The position numbers were made by a program, and so were the translations under genes. Of a stretch of 64,000 nt of DNA, positions 24,654 through 38,237 are shown one piece after another; the stretch's first letter is position 1; each line of letters opens with the position of its first letter. Below the pieces are notes generated by a model. It searched no databases. It saw only the letters and a list, made by a program, of their open reading frames with translations, and was not told where the DNA came from. Origin of the DNA: Octopus vulgaris (lineage: Eukaryota); NCBI GenBank assembly GCA_951406725.2, contig OX597820.1, forward strand, positions 54,064,001 through 54,128,000. Reading direction: 5' to 3'.

Positions 24654-26080
24654 ACGGTTTACATATTTTTAAAAAATTTATCTCATATTGTATTTAAGTA
24701 GGAATGGCAATGGATAAATATGCATGTTTATTAATTATTTACTCACAATTCGTAACTTGAAAATTAGTATTTTGCTTATTGCTTTACACCAATATTTTCG
24801 TTGTATTACTTTAAGATGTGGTACGGCACCGGACTGCCAGATTGCTTAGCGATATTTCTTTCGGCTTTATATATTCTAAGATCAAATACAGCTGAGGACG
24901 GCTTTGCCTTTAATTCTGTCGGAGTGGATAAATTAATTAGAAATTGAGCACATGGGTCAACTGCTGTCCATGAGTCAAAATTTGAAGCCCTTATTATTAT
25001 ATATGGTAATCTATTTTACTCACGACGACATACAATCGTTGAAGTATCAAGATAGACAGTTGAAACCTCTGTTAAATACTTTCAATTACCTGAAAGGAGA
25101 AATACCACTAATTATTTTATCCGTCGCCCCTAACCATCCTACCAGCTTACCGGCTTAATAGTAATAATAATAGTTTCAAATTTTGGCACAAGGTAAGTCG
25201 ATTACCTTGTGCCAAAGGGCGTAAGTCGATTACATCGACCTCTGTAATTGACAGTACTTTATTTTATCGACCCCGAAAGAATCAAAAACGCAATGTTGAT
25301 CTTGGCTGGATTTGAACTCAAAATAAAGAGAGAAAAGAAATGTCGTTAAGTATTTTATACTTGACGCTCCAAAGATTCCACCAGTTCACTGTGTTTGTGT
25401 TATAATAATTTTGTAAGTCGGAGAGCTGGCAAAATTGTTAGCACGTCCAGTGAAATGCTTGCCGGTATTTCATCTGCCGCTACGTTCTGAGTTCAAATTC
25501 CGCTGAGGTCGACTTTGCCTTTCATCCTTTCGGGGTCGATAAAATAAGTACCAGTCACGCACTGGGGTCGATATAATCGACTTAATCCGTTCCCTAATAT
25601 TGCTACCCTTGTGGAGATTTTGAAAGCAATAATTATAATAATTTCTAATATTCGTTTCAATTTTTTGCGCAAGGACAGTGAGTACGGGATTACATCAATC
25701 CCAATGCTCACTTGGTACTTACTGAAAGGCAAAGTTGGCCTCGACGGAATTTAAGCTCAGAACGAAAGAATGGACGAAATGTTACTTAGCAATTTGCCTG
25801 ACGCCCCTAACGATTCTGCCAGCTTGCCGCTGTAAACCGAATGCCGGAATCTGAACTCAGAATTTAAAGACGAATAATTTTGCATTCCAACAGAATATTT
25901 TGAGGTACTCTCGACTTATTTAATCCCAGAATTGCTGAAGCACCGGTACCACCACCAGCAGACAAGACCGCGTCAATGTATCTCTCTCACCAACGAATAC
26001 TTTCGGTAAAGTATACTTCGACAGTGAATCAATGTTACAGTTACTTTTATCAGTTGTGTTTCAGGCGCTAGTTGCAAGTC

Positions 26081-26152
26081 TCCCAAGTGGTCTAGTGGTT
26101 AGGATTCCGCGCTCTCACCGCGGCGGCCGGGGTTCGATTCCCCGCTTGGGAA
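26081..26152 (+). tRNA. tRNA-Glu(CTC), consensus copy with B-type 5' flank and C-type 3' flank
   Basis: Identical to the 295-366 cloverleaf; chimeric flanks. Confidence 0.95.
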
Positions 26153-26641
26153 ACGATTTATATATTTTTAAATTTTTGCATTTCGAACGTTCAATTCCCA
26201 AAGACAGCATATTTGAAGGTATTGAAAATGTTAGCTTAATTCTGTAAAGACATACCTGTTTTATTCGAGCTGATCAGAGCAACCCGCAGTACATTTGGCA
26301 AGTATCTGCTACCATATACTATCACCAACCAAAACTTTGCGAGTAAAATTATGGAGGCGAAAACTATGGCGAATCCAGATAGAAAGACTGTTCTCGGAAA
26401 TAGGTTTTAATTCATCGAATCATTTAACACCAAATCTGACTACCTATATTTTTAGCAGGTCCACTTTCTTGCAAACTTTCGGGTCAAAATCTCCCTTTTG
26501 AGGTTAATATCCTCCCCAACTCAGCAGTAACTCAACCATTAATCTCAATATAAAGCATCATATAGTCTGAAGTATACTACCACTATGAATCAATGTTACA
26601 GTTATTATTGTCTGCCGTATTTCTGTACACTGCTGCCGGCT

Positions 26642-26713
26642 TCCCAAGTGGTCTAGTGGTTAGGATTTCGCGCTCTCACCTCGGCGGCCGGGGTTCGATT
26701 CACCGCTTGGGAA
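26642..26713 (+). pseudogene. Degenerating tRNA-Glu(CTC) copy, flank type A
   Basis: Three substitutions: anticodon stem TCGCG/CTCGG (one wobble, one mismatch) and T-stem 3' strand CACCG (mismatch). Confidence 0.7.
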
Positions 26714-28298
26714 ACGGTTTACGTATTTTTAAAAAATTTATCTCATATTGTACTTAAGTAGGAATGGCAATGGATAAATATGCATATTTATTAATTATTT
26801 ACTCACAATTCGTAACTTGCAAATTAGTATTTTGCTTATTGCTTTACACCAATATTTTCATTGTATCACTTTAAGATGTGGTACGGCACCGGACTGCCAG
26901 AATTGCTTAGCGATATTTCTTCCGGCTTTTTATATTCTAAGATCAAATACAGCTGAGCACGGCTTTGCCTTTTAATTCTTTCGGAGTGGATAAAATAATT
27001 AGAAATTGAGCACATGGGTCAACTGCTGTCCATGAGCCAAAATTTGAAGACCTTATTATAATATATGGTAATCTATTTTACTCACAACGACATACAATCG
27101 TTGAAATATCAAGATAGACAGTTGAAACCTCTGTTAAATACTTTCAATTACCTAAAAGGAGAAATTCCACTAATTAATTTATCCGTCGCCCCTAACCATC
27201 CTCCTAGCTTACCGGCTTAATAGTAATAATAATAGTTTCAAATTTTGGCACAAGGTAAGTCGATTACCTTGTGCCAAAGTGCGTAAGTCAATTACATCGA
27301 CCTCTGTAATTGACAGTACTTTATTTTATTGAACCCGAAAGAATGAAAAAGGCAATGTTGATTGATCTTGGCTGGATTTGAACTCAAAACAAAGAGGGAA
27401 AAGAAATGCCGTTAACTATTTTATACTTGACCCTCCAAAGATTCCACCAGCTCACCGTGTTCGTGTTATAATAATTTTGTAAGTCGGAGAGCTGGCGATA
27501 TTGTTAGCACGTCCAGTGAAATGCTACCGGTATTTCATCTGCCGCTACGTTCTGAGTTCAAATTCCGCCGAGGTCGACTTTGCCTTTCATCCTTTCGGGG
27601 TCGATTAAATAAGTACCAGTCACGCACTGGGGTCGATATAATCGACTTAATCCGTTCCCTAAAATTGCTACCCTTGTGGAGATTTTGAAAGCAATAATTA
27701 TAATAATTTCTAATATTCGTTTCAATTTTTTGCGCAAGGACAGTAAGTTCGGGATTACACCAATCCCAATGCTAACTTGGTACTTACTGAAAGGCAAAAT
27801 TGGCCTCGGCGGAATTTAAGCTCAGAACGTAAGGATGGACGAAATGTTACTTAGCAATTTGCCTGACGCCCTAACGGTTCTGCCAGCTTGCCGCTGTAAA
27901 CCGAATGCCGTTCTCGCAAGAGTTAATTTTTAATAATAATTTTAAATTTGCAACAAAGACTGCAATTTCAAAGGAGAGTGCAAGTTGTTTACATCGACCT
28001 CAGTATTCAACTGGTACTCCTTTTATCGACCCCGGAATGTAGAAAGGAAACGTCGACCTCAGCGGAATCTGAACTCAGAATTTAAAGACGAATAATTTTG
28101 CATTCCAACAGAATATTTTGAGGTACTCTCGACTTATTTAATCCCAGAATTGCTGAAGCACCGGTACCACCACCAGCAGACAAGACCGCGTCAAAGTATC
28201 TCTCTCACCAACGAATACTTTCGGTAAAGTATACTTCGACAGTGAATCAATGTTACAGTTACTTTTATCAGTTGTGTTTCAGTCGCTAGCTGCAAGTC

Positions 28299-28370
28299 TC
28301 CCAAGTGGTCTAGTGGTTAGGATTCCGCGCTCTCACCGCGGCGGCCGGGGTTTGATTCCCCGCTTGGGAA
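28299..28370 (+). tRNA. tRNA-Glu(CTC) variant (C56T), flank type B; probably impaired
   Basis: Full-length; T loop TTTGATT. Confidence 0.72.
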
Positions 28371-29400
28371 ATAACTTTATCTTTTAATTTATTTGACATA
28401 ATACATTATATCCGTCACTTCCAACGATTCTACCAGATCACTGCCTCAGTAATAATTATAAGAAGAGCACTCAGAGGGCGCAAACCTCCACCAAGGTAGC
28501 ACCAACGTCCTAATCATTTTATTACCCACAAGTTGCCAACACAGAGGGGACGATACATTACATATGGGGATACAAAGCAGGTAAAAAAATAGGACACCTC
28601 CGAGTAGCTTCATTTATACCTTTCTTTCTTTTTTTAAACCTCGTTCCTTCTAGTATATCCATCTTGCACTCCTTTATAAGTTCCATAGATTCCATATAAT
28701 CCGGCAACCTATCTTTATCAATTTTTACTCTCCAACAAGTGAATCCATTTTAAAACCTTTCTATTTTTGCTTTCTGTTCCTCTGAAACCAACAAGCATAT
28801 AAGCACCCCTTTTATATTATCCTAATCCGTTTTAACAAGCACTGTATCTTTCCACTTCATTGTTTCTCTGATCAGTTCACTATTTGTGTCATCTATCATG
28901 CACACAAAGCAACTTTTTCCTTTAGCCGGGGGAGGGGAAGTTTGGGGGTTCTTGTGCCCTCGTGTTTTCTTTTTTTTTCTGTGTCCGAGACGAGAGAATA
29001 GGTTTGGTGTCTGGTGGGAAGGGTGGGTCTGGGAAGGTGTAGATGGGTTGGGTACGGGTAGGGGTTCCTTTTCCTTTTGTTCATACTTTCCACAGTCTTC
29101 CACTTCTCGTCTTTCTTCTTCATTTCTTCTGATGGTAAATCCTCCTCCGCTTTCGCTGGTTCCCTGGGTTCCTCCGGTGTCCTTTAAGTCGGTGAAGGGC
29201 AGTCCGCTCTGACGTGACCCTTTAGGTAACACTTAAAGCATCGAGAGATTCTGCCCTCCATTCTGACTCTCAGCACCGTGTCCTCAATTGGAACTGTCTC
29301 TGTCATGCTTTCCAAATTGTTCAGAAAATTTCCAAATTAGCCAGAAAAATCCGCGATGTTCTGAGTGCGTGATCGGTGAACCGCGATATACTGAGTGCGC

Positions 29401-29470
29401 GATAGGTGAACCGCGATAGGTGAACCGCGATAGGTGAACCGCGATAGGTGAACCGCGATAGGTGAACCGC
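29401..29470 (+). repeat. 14-bp minisatellite (gataggtgaaccgc) x5
   Basis: Five exact units; the equivalent position in the other two array units has a single unit. Confidence 0.9.
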
Positions 29471-29567
29471 GATATGGTGAGGGATTACGTTTATTATTTA
29501 TTTACTTGCTTGTAAATTGGTATCATATTTACATTATATTTACATTACACCACTGAGGTTCATTGTA

Positions 29568-30595
29568 TGAGGTGCGTTCAAAAAGTATACGATTTTATTT
29601 TCTTCCCGCCAATACTAATGCCACACGGACAATTTTCTTCGGGTAGGAGGTGATGGCACCCGTCCTGCGCATGCGGGAAAATTTCGCGCTGGTACACTGT
29701 ACCAGTTCCCGGCTACTACTCATTGAGCACAGATGTGTAGTGAGCGCTCGTCGGATTTTCGCTTCCACCGAACGCATCGAGCAGTGATACCGCATCAAAT
29801 TTTGTCAAAAGCATGGTGATACTCAAGCTCAAGCCATCAAGAAGATTCAGCAGGCATTTGGTGGTGATGCGAAAGGCAGAAATTAGTACAAGGAGCGGTA
29901 CAAGCGCTTCAAACATGGCCGCATTTCAGTGGAGAGCAAGGCACGCTCCGGCAAGCCATCCACAAACCGAAGCAAGTCGTGTAACAATCTAGAAAATTGC
30001 TCACGAAGTGGGAATAAGCATAGGATCAGTGCATTCAATTTTAACAGAGGATCTGTGCATGCGGAGAGTTTCGACGAAATTCATCCCCAAGGCGAAATTA
30101 TATCTCGCGGGAACAATATTTAGTTTAGAGCGGCAAGCTGGCAGAATCGTTAGGGCGTCAGGCAAATTGCTAAGTAACATTTCATCCATCCTTACGTTCT
30201 GAGCTTCAATTCAGCAGAGGCCAACTTTGCCTTTCAGTAAGTACCAAGTTAGTATTGGGGTTGATATAATCCCGAACTTACTGTTCTTGCGCAGGTAGAG
30301 AGGCAGAAGCAACTCTGCATGGAAGTCGCACAGAACATGCTACACTATGCAAACCACGACCGAGACTGGTGATGAAACATGGAGTTATGGTCTCCGCTTG
30401 ATGCATTCAGTCATCTTGCCTGAAAATAAAAATCCGACGAGCGCGTAATACATGTCTGTTCTCTAGGCCTACCGACGCGAAAATTTTCTTGCATGATCAG
30501 TAAGGGTGGTATCACCTCCCACCCAAAGGATTTTTCCCACGCGTCATTAGTTTTGTGGGAGAAAATAAAGACGGATATTTTTTGAACGCACTTCG
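29568..30595 (+). mobile_element. Internally deleted mariner DNA transposon (third array copy)
   Basis: Same TIRs and transposase remnants as 6712-7739. Confidence 0.85.
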
Positions 30596-31772
30596 TCTTA
30601 CTGTAAAGTGCAGTAAGGAGGTGGAGGTAGAGTGACAGAACTGCTAGCACGTCGAAAAAACGTTTTGCAGTATTTCTTCTGGCTCCTCACATTCTGAATT
30701 CAAATACCACCGAGGTTGACATTGCCCTTCATCCTTTCGAGGTCGATGAATAATGTCCATTGAGCAGTGCGGTCTATTTACTAGACCCGCCTCCCTGTCC
30801 CTACAATATTACTGGTTTTGAGCCAAACTTAAAATGAATGATGTAGCATGACGGTGAGCTGGCAGAATCGATAGCGCATTCGACCAAAATGCTTAACGAA
30901 GTTTCTTCCAGTTATGAGTTCAAATCTCGTGGAAGTCAATTTTGTCCTTCAATCCTTTCTGGGTCGATAAAATCACCAGGGACGATGTAATCGACATACC
31001 CCTAACATGAAATTGCTGGCCTTGTGCCAAAATTTTAATCCTTTACTATAATATGCAGTGAAATTATGTCGGTGATTACTCATTGAAAGATGTTCACACT
31101 TTGATAATACTACACTTTTTGAAGAAACATAATAACCATTTGATACGAGTGCTGAAAAACTTCTATTAGCTGAGATTATCTATGCAATTAACTAACAAAA
31201 TCTCCCCTAAGGAGAGTTTAAAATATAAAAACAGCAGTCAAGCGAACTCCTATTAGATCAGGCGACCGAATATGTTTGTTGAAGAAATCAAATAAGATCA
31301 ATATATGACCCGTGTTTTCAAAGATTCTACTCAACCGTCTGAGTTAGTCAGGATATCAACAAAGTCACCAGATTATTGTTGTTGCTGCTGCTGGGGCTAG
31401 CGTAGAGTTGCTTTACAAAACGTATGAAATATTGAATGTTTGGCGTGGGTTCAGTCCCACAGCACAGCAGCTCGGACAACTGCCTTCTAATATTGCCCCA
31501 GATCGACCAATATCATGTGAATTAATTTGGTTGACGGAAATTATTGGAAGAACGTGTTTATCATTTTTGCAGTCTCTTCCAAGACGTTTGCGTTTCTTCT
31601 CACACTAAAGTATAAAGAGTTTTAACAGGTTACTCTTGTAAAGGGAATTTTTTTCGGGGACGACCACTGCAGCCTCAACAATATGCATAAGCGTTAAATA
31701 AAGATAAAGATTTTAATCAATTTAATCAAGAGCAGCTTCTGCTGCATAATTTGAATGTGTGTGGGTGGGTGA

Positions 31773-31851
<79 letters not shown>

Positions 31852-32952
31852 CATGTTTTGTAGGTGGTTGGATGGAATTGTCAAAGACGCTTCAATTTTT
31901 CTAAAAATCAATAAAATAGAAAATAAGAAAATAAGGATAAAAACACACGTGACTATACATGACAAACAAAATGAATAATGATAATAATTACGTAATATAA
32001 ATAGAATGTCAAATGCGTTGGTGCGTGACTTTTGGCCTACCTTGCGCGCGCGCGCGTGTGTGTGTTATCTTTGTGTTTGACCCAGTGCCACTTCACAACT
32101 TGTGTTGTGTTTCTGTATGACCCTGTAACATAAGCAGTTGGGTAATAGAGACCGATAGATTAAGAAATACCAGGGTTTAAGAAATAGCTCCTGGATTTGA
32201 TTTGCTCAGCTAAACCCTTCAAGGCGGTACCCCCCAGCAAGGCCGAAGCCTAATGACAGAAAGAACTAAATAAGTAAAAGAATATCGTCCATGGGTTATA
32301 GTGTGAGGCCCAGTCGTATGTCTATTTATTTGAAAGAACATTCTCTGAAGTATTTCCCCTTGCCCATATTGTTATCTTCATGATTTGTCCGATCTAAATG
32401 TTCAAAACAATATAGAATTTGTAGGTGTTTTTTTTCTGGAAAAATATATTAAGATTGGCGAGAAACAATATTGTAGTTATTATAACTAGATACAGGAAGA
32501 GCAATTCAGTCAGCAAGTTTTAAAACTGTTGGGACCATTTTAATAATCCTTTCTACCAAAGGAACAAGGTCTGAAATTTGGAGGAAGAGGATTAGTCGAT
32601 TACATCGACCCCAGTATTTCACTGGTACTTAATTTATCGACCCCTAAAGGATGAAAGACAAGGTCGACCTCGGCGGAATTTGAACTCAGAACGTAGTGAC
32701 GGCCGAAATGCCGCTTAGCATTTTGCCCGGCGTACTAACAACGTCTCTGTCAGCTCGCTGCCTTGAACCATTTTAATAATAAAAGACAAAACACAGAGAG
32801 AATAGTGCTGGCTATAAAGCTACAGTTTTAATATATATAATAGTTATGAAGTTATGAGACGATCTTAATGAATTTAACAGAGTTGTAACAGTCAGTCTAA
32901 ATTATTTTCTTTGTAATTAGTTATAATCCAGCTCGAAGAACATGTTAATCTA

Positions 32953-32988
32953 TTCTAAGTGGTCTAGAGGCTAAGATTCCGCACTTTC
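32953..32988 (+). pseudogene. 5'-half remnant of a tRNA-Glu gene
   Basis: ttctaagtggtctagaggctaagattccgcactttc aligns without gaps to tcccaagtggtctagtggttaggattccgcgctctc; 3' half absent. Confidence 0.65.
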
Positions 32989-33300
32989 TGTTTTAATTTT
33001 GGATTGCCTTGAATACGTTATGTTTCCATGTATTCTCGATTTATTAATTTGATTATTTTCTGTACCTAAATATCTTGGTACAACAGAGACGATCGTCGGC
33101 TTTGTAGGGTAAATTCAACAATTAAAGATGTGATTTCTTTTCTCTCCGCAATTTTGTTGTCTAATACTCCGAATTTCTCAAATTATGTTTGGATCTACTT
33201 GTTATACACGAAGAATTACCTTCGGTGTTTATTCTACTTGCATTTATTGGTGTCTGATTGTTTGATATTCGCTAAAACCAAATTCGTTTAAAATTGAGTG

Positions 33301-33354
<54 letters not shown>

Positions 33355-35448
33355 GAATGTTTAATCCCTTTTCTTTCTTCTTATTTTATATGTGTGTATA
33401 GATATGCATAATTGTTAGTGTGGGACACTTAAAATCTACCCTAAAAACAAAAGCGTCGATGATGTGATGTCGGTCGGATGATTCATCGAAATTTCTATCT
33501 TTTAGTTGGTTTTATTTTACATACGATGGGTCTGTTAGCTACGCGTGATCCGGCGTTTTCGAAACAATATTGGCATCGATGAAGAGTAATGACAGCTATT
33601 TATTTATTTATTTATTTATTTATTTATATATATTTATTTATATGCATTATTATATAATGTGGAAGGAGAACAATGTTTATGACCCTTTGCAAAGCCTCCA
33701 AGAATGGTGAGAGAGAAGGCGTAAAATATTCTCAAATTGCCCGAACGCTTACAACAGAATGGACTTCACTATTATCATATAATCATGAAGGAAGGCAGTG
33801 TCTATAAACTTTTACAGAGTCTCCGAGACTAATGAAAAAGAAGGTTAAACGTATTCTCAAGCTGCACACATGCCTCGAATATTTGCGCTCGAATATTTGC
33901 AACAGTGTGGCCCCACTAGAGACACCTAAGGGTCCAGCTGCTGGTGTTGAAATTGGCGACGGATTATATCTGCTTTCTAAGATCACAGTAAATAATATGT
34001 ATAAGTATTATCTGATGGTGGTAGTGGTGTTGACGGTAGTTATTGCATTTAAATTGGTATCTTGTTTACTTCTATAGATCGTTCTATTTTGATAAGGTTA
34101 TATAAAGCAGTATAATTATCTAAGACTATGTAATGAATCTATGTCGAAAAGATATTTTGACACTTTAAATATGCAGTATTAAACAAAAAAGGGGGCAAGT
34201 CGGCTCCATTGACCTCCAGTGCTCGACTGGTACTTATTTTATCGACCCCCCGAAAGGATGAAAGGCAAAGTTGACTTTTCGCGGAACTTGAACTTAGAAC
34301 ATGAAAAGGAAATGGTACTAAGCATTCTGTTCGACATGGTAACGATCTTGCCAGCTCACCGCCTTTATAATTGTTATTTCTATTATAAGCACAAGACCAG
34401 CAATTTTGGATGAAGGGACTAGTTGATTACATCAATCCCCCGTGCTCAAATACTACTTATTTTATCGACCCCCGAAAGGAGGAAAGGTAAAGTTGACCTT
34501 GGCGAAATTTAAACTCAGGATTGAAAGTGTTGGAAGAAATGCCCCTAAGCATTTTGTCCAACGCGGAAACGATTCTGCCAATAAATTATATCGGTGAACT
34601 GTCAAGTCAACCATTTAAAATGCGTTTTAAATGTTTACTTTTCAACGATGTAAATTTTTTTGTCTGTATTTTAGATTTAGCCTGATAAAATACCATATCA
34701 CACGATAACGATGAATTCTAGGTTGTACCAAGAAAAGCTAAATTACCCTTAGAGTTTCATCAAAGTGTTTTAAGGTTTTGTTAGCCCTCGTATCAACGCT
34801 CGACTTTAACATTGTAAATTTCGGCTGAATTTCATTTGCTTTTACATAAAATATCAAAATCAGAGAATTTCTTTCATCAGCTTTTCAATTAAGATAAACC
34901 TTTCTTTAGTTCCAAAACATTTTGGCTTTCTAATCTTGTTTAAATTATCTCACTTGCATATTTTCTTAGATTATAAAATGTCCATGGATGAATAATATCC
35001 GTTAATCGAAATTTATCGATTGAATGTCATATATATGCAATACGCTACTGCAATTGTATTTAAGCATGCAGAACACATCCTGTTGTTTTATTTTTACAGC
35101 CAACGTCACTTCATTCCTTCTATTCCTATATAAAATAATCACTATTATTATCCTCGCCATTCTTAGTTCAAATTCCGCCGAAGTCGACTTTGCCTTTCAT
35201 CCTTTCGAGGTCGATAAAATAAGTACGCTGGAGTTGATATAATCAACTAACCCTCTTTCCCAAACCTCAGGCTTTGTGCCTATAGCAGAAAGAACTATTA
35301 TTATTATTCTTGCCAACTGAGTACATTATGTTTCGCTGAAGAAGTCTAATGAGATAGACACACGTCCGGTAACTTCAGAATTTCTGTAACACTGTCCGAG
35401 TTATTCAGCTTTTACGGGATTATAATAAAAAAGACCTAACTAGAGTGT

Positions 35449-35552
<104 letters not shown>

Positions 35553-35679
35553 ACAGCAGCAGTAGCTAAACCATCACACTCAATACTCAATATAAAAGTA
35601 TATTCTAATAAATGCTAACACAGTGACTCAAAGTTGCAGATCTTGTTATCAGTTATGTTTCAGAGCTGTCAAGCAATTG

Positions 35680-35751
35680 TCCCAAGTGGTCTAGTGGTTA
35701 GGATTCCGCGCTCTCACCGCGGCGGCCGGGGTTCGATTCCCCGCTTGGGAA
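35680..35751 (+). tRNA. tRNA-Glu(CTC), consensus copy outside the recent duplication (flank type E)
   Basis: Identical to the 295-366 cloverleaf despite diverged flanks; T6 run downstream. Confidence 0.95.
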
Positions 35752-36284
35752 ATAATAAAATTGTTTTTTCTCTTCTTGCTTCAAATAACACTTAAGCTGA
35801 CATGATAATTGATAATTTATATAATTATAATTCATTTGCGTATAATTGATATTTTGATTACAGCTTTGCACTGTTGCGTATTATATCAGCAGCATCTTCT
35901 TTCCAGATCAAATGGAAAATTCAAAATTTTCACTATCAACTATATTAAATGATACATTATCTGAAAATTGATTGCAACTCTGATAGTAGTCCAGCGAGTA
36001 TACTTCGGCCCCCTTGTTGCAGCAACAGCGTTTAGTTCCTCGCTTCAAAACAATTGAATATTGACAAATTCAGCAACCAAATGCTCCACAATGAGAAAGC
36101 TTTTACTTGTTTGGTTGATCTACTAAAAATGGCAAACAAATCTCCATCAAATTGCAACCGAGTATTCTTAATTGACGTAAGAACAATTTGCGTAAATTGG
36201 TCCGTAAAACGATGTATCTGAAAGTATGTTGGGATAACACTATATACAAAGGACGGCCTTGCTGAACGTTAGGCTAAGTCTAAA

Positions 36285-36430
36285 TGTGGGTTATTAGATA
36301 AATTCATTCGTTTTTTACCAAATCCGTCAATAATATATTCTTCATTGTTCACGACATCTTGCCAACGTTCCACCAGCTTGTCTGTGCCTACACGATAGTA
36401 ATCTTGACTAGCTGACTGTTGGAGAATTTC
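36285..36430 (-). mobile_element. Mariner transposase C-terminal remnant
   Basis: Minus-strand translation QDYYRVGTDKLVERWQDVVNNEEYIID matches the mariner C-terminal pattern (FY..GI.KL..RW..V....G.YI). Confidence 0.7.
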
Positions 36431-37342
36431 CGAAAAAGGTGAAATCCGAAGGTGCCATATCGAATATCGAAAATACAGTAGGTGCGGTGTAATATATTGA
36501 CGGAAGATAACAAAAATAGTTATTAACCAGCTTGATGAAAGAACCCTAGGCACACACAGAGGAATATTAGCATTTGAAACGGACAAAATTTTCTTGCAGA
36601 AATGGTAATGATAAAAGCAAGCAGCCAAATTGGTAGACTCTACATAGGCGATTGACCTACGAAAAGGTAGTTAGCCAAACTGCTTTTTACTTCTTTTTTT
36701 AAAATTATACCCTGTCTACTGTCTTACATGATGAAGAACGAATATGAATCATATAATTCTCAATACAATGTGTTTGAAAATAAGATGGGGTGATAACTGC
36801 AGAAAGGAATACTCCATGAAGGTTGATCAATATGATCTCTGCAACTGATGTTGGATGAAAAATATAGAATCAAAATTGTAGAAAATGATTATCACTTTCC
36901 AGCCAAGAATCGATCTCAGACACAGCGGAATCATACCACTATACTACTGAGAAGACACTAAATTTGGAAGCATTAACACTAAGAAAACGGTGGAGTTTAC
37001 TGCATTGCTGTATCATCAACGTGGTCGCTCGACCTGCTAAGAGCAACAGCCAAATCTCACCTCAAATTACACTTTATGTTCTTAAAAATGGGAATACTAA
37101 AATGTGCAGTCAAGACGCCCTCAAAACACGCATTGCCGTTTGAAGAAACAAAATTAGATAAAATACTCCTAGATTCAGTGTTTGAAAATATGAAGGGTTG
37201 GCCACAAACGGAACAACTTTGATTATAGGTCTGTTTTAAGTAGGGATTATCTAGAGTGACCTAAACAACAAAGGCACCTCATGAGGTTTTTGAGATAATA
37301 CGAAAAACAAAAGAAAAAAGCATTGAGAAAAATGACAACAAT

Positions 37343-37414
37343 TTCCCAAGCGGGAAATCGAATCACGTCCGACACAATGAGGGCGGAGGCACCTAACCAC
37401 AAGATCACATAGGA
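37343..37414 (-). pseudogene. Highly degenerate inverted tRNA-Glu(CTC) pseudogene
   Basis: Reverse complement TCCTATGTGATCTTGTGGTTAGGTGCCTCCGCCCTCATTGTGTCGGACGTGATTCGATTTCCCGCTTGGGAA is 72 nt and colinear with the consensus; 3' end conserved, stems broken. Confidence 0.8.
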
Positions 37415-37745
37415 TGGCATACTGTACTACCAAAATAAATAATGACTAGCAAAAACAGTAATACATAAATATAATGTGTCAGGAATTAATATTGGGTGGT
37501 TATTGAAGGATACACTCTGAACATATTTCTGATCGATCAGGTTTGACACGGAGCAAAACAAAATACACATAAAAACATTTCAAAACAACAGCAACAAAAG
37601 AAGACTTTAGAAGGTGATTTAATTGACCATTTCTTCGTCATGACCGTATACATAAATACTCACACGTGTGTGCACGCGCGCACGTGTGTGTGTACATACA
37701 TAGATGCGTACATACTTACATATGTATACATACATATATATATAC

Positions 37746-37812
<67 letters not shown>

Positions 37813-37977
37813 CTTAATTATAATTAGGGATCAGCAAAATTTTGCTGAACGCTAATTATAATTATGCCCATAATTATAAAATGTTTGTATAAGTTTACCG
37901 ATACTGGGTCTTTTAACATACCGAACTACTTGGTAAAATTACTAATTATTAATTGATTAATTAATTTTACCCTTTAT

Positions 37978-38042
<65 letters not shown>

Positions 38043-38206
38043 GCCTAATTGTGGTGTCCTGTACTCACGTATATATATTTATATATGCATGTATATATAC
38101 ATGTAGATGTAGGTACGTACATATATGTATGTATGTATGCATATATTTTGTATGACTGAGCGCCCTCGCGTCGATTCGATTCGTTTCGTTTCTCTTTCTC
38201 CAAGTA

Positions 38207-38237
<31 letters not shown>

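Larger units (their letters stand above)
1..32270 (+). repeat. Higher-order tandem segmental array of tRNA-Glu gene units (~11.3-11.5 kb period with nested 2-3.5 kb sub-duplications)
   Basis: Equivalent tRNA starts recur at 5442/16990/28299, 9441/20992, 12466/24017 and 13031/24582 (offsets 11548, 11309, 11551, 11551, 11551). Short spurious ORFs recur at matching offsets. Homology with the other units stops at ~32270. Confidence 0.95.

Noticed and set aside
295-28370. Regularly recurring identical 72-bp sequence as a CRISPR-like or SINE array
   Set aside because: The unit folds as a complete tRNA cloverleaf; spacers are 0.5-4 kb and themselves duplicated; there is no SINE body or tail and no cas genes
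33655-34077. Possible exon or Tc1 transposase N-terminus (REEGVKYSQIARTL...; ORF 33832-34077)
   Set aside because: Only a vague HTH-like resemblance, interrupted by stops, with no TIRs or catalytic motifs; needs a profile search
37661-37692. Palindromic cacacgtgtgtgcacgcgcgcacgtgtgtg as a structured element
   Set aside because: Expected by-product of adjacent (CA)n/(TG)n/(CG)n microsatellites
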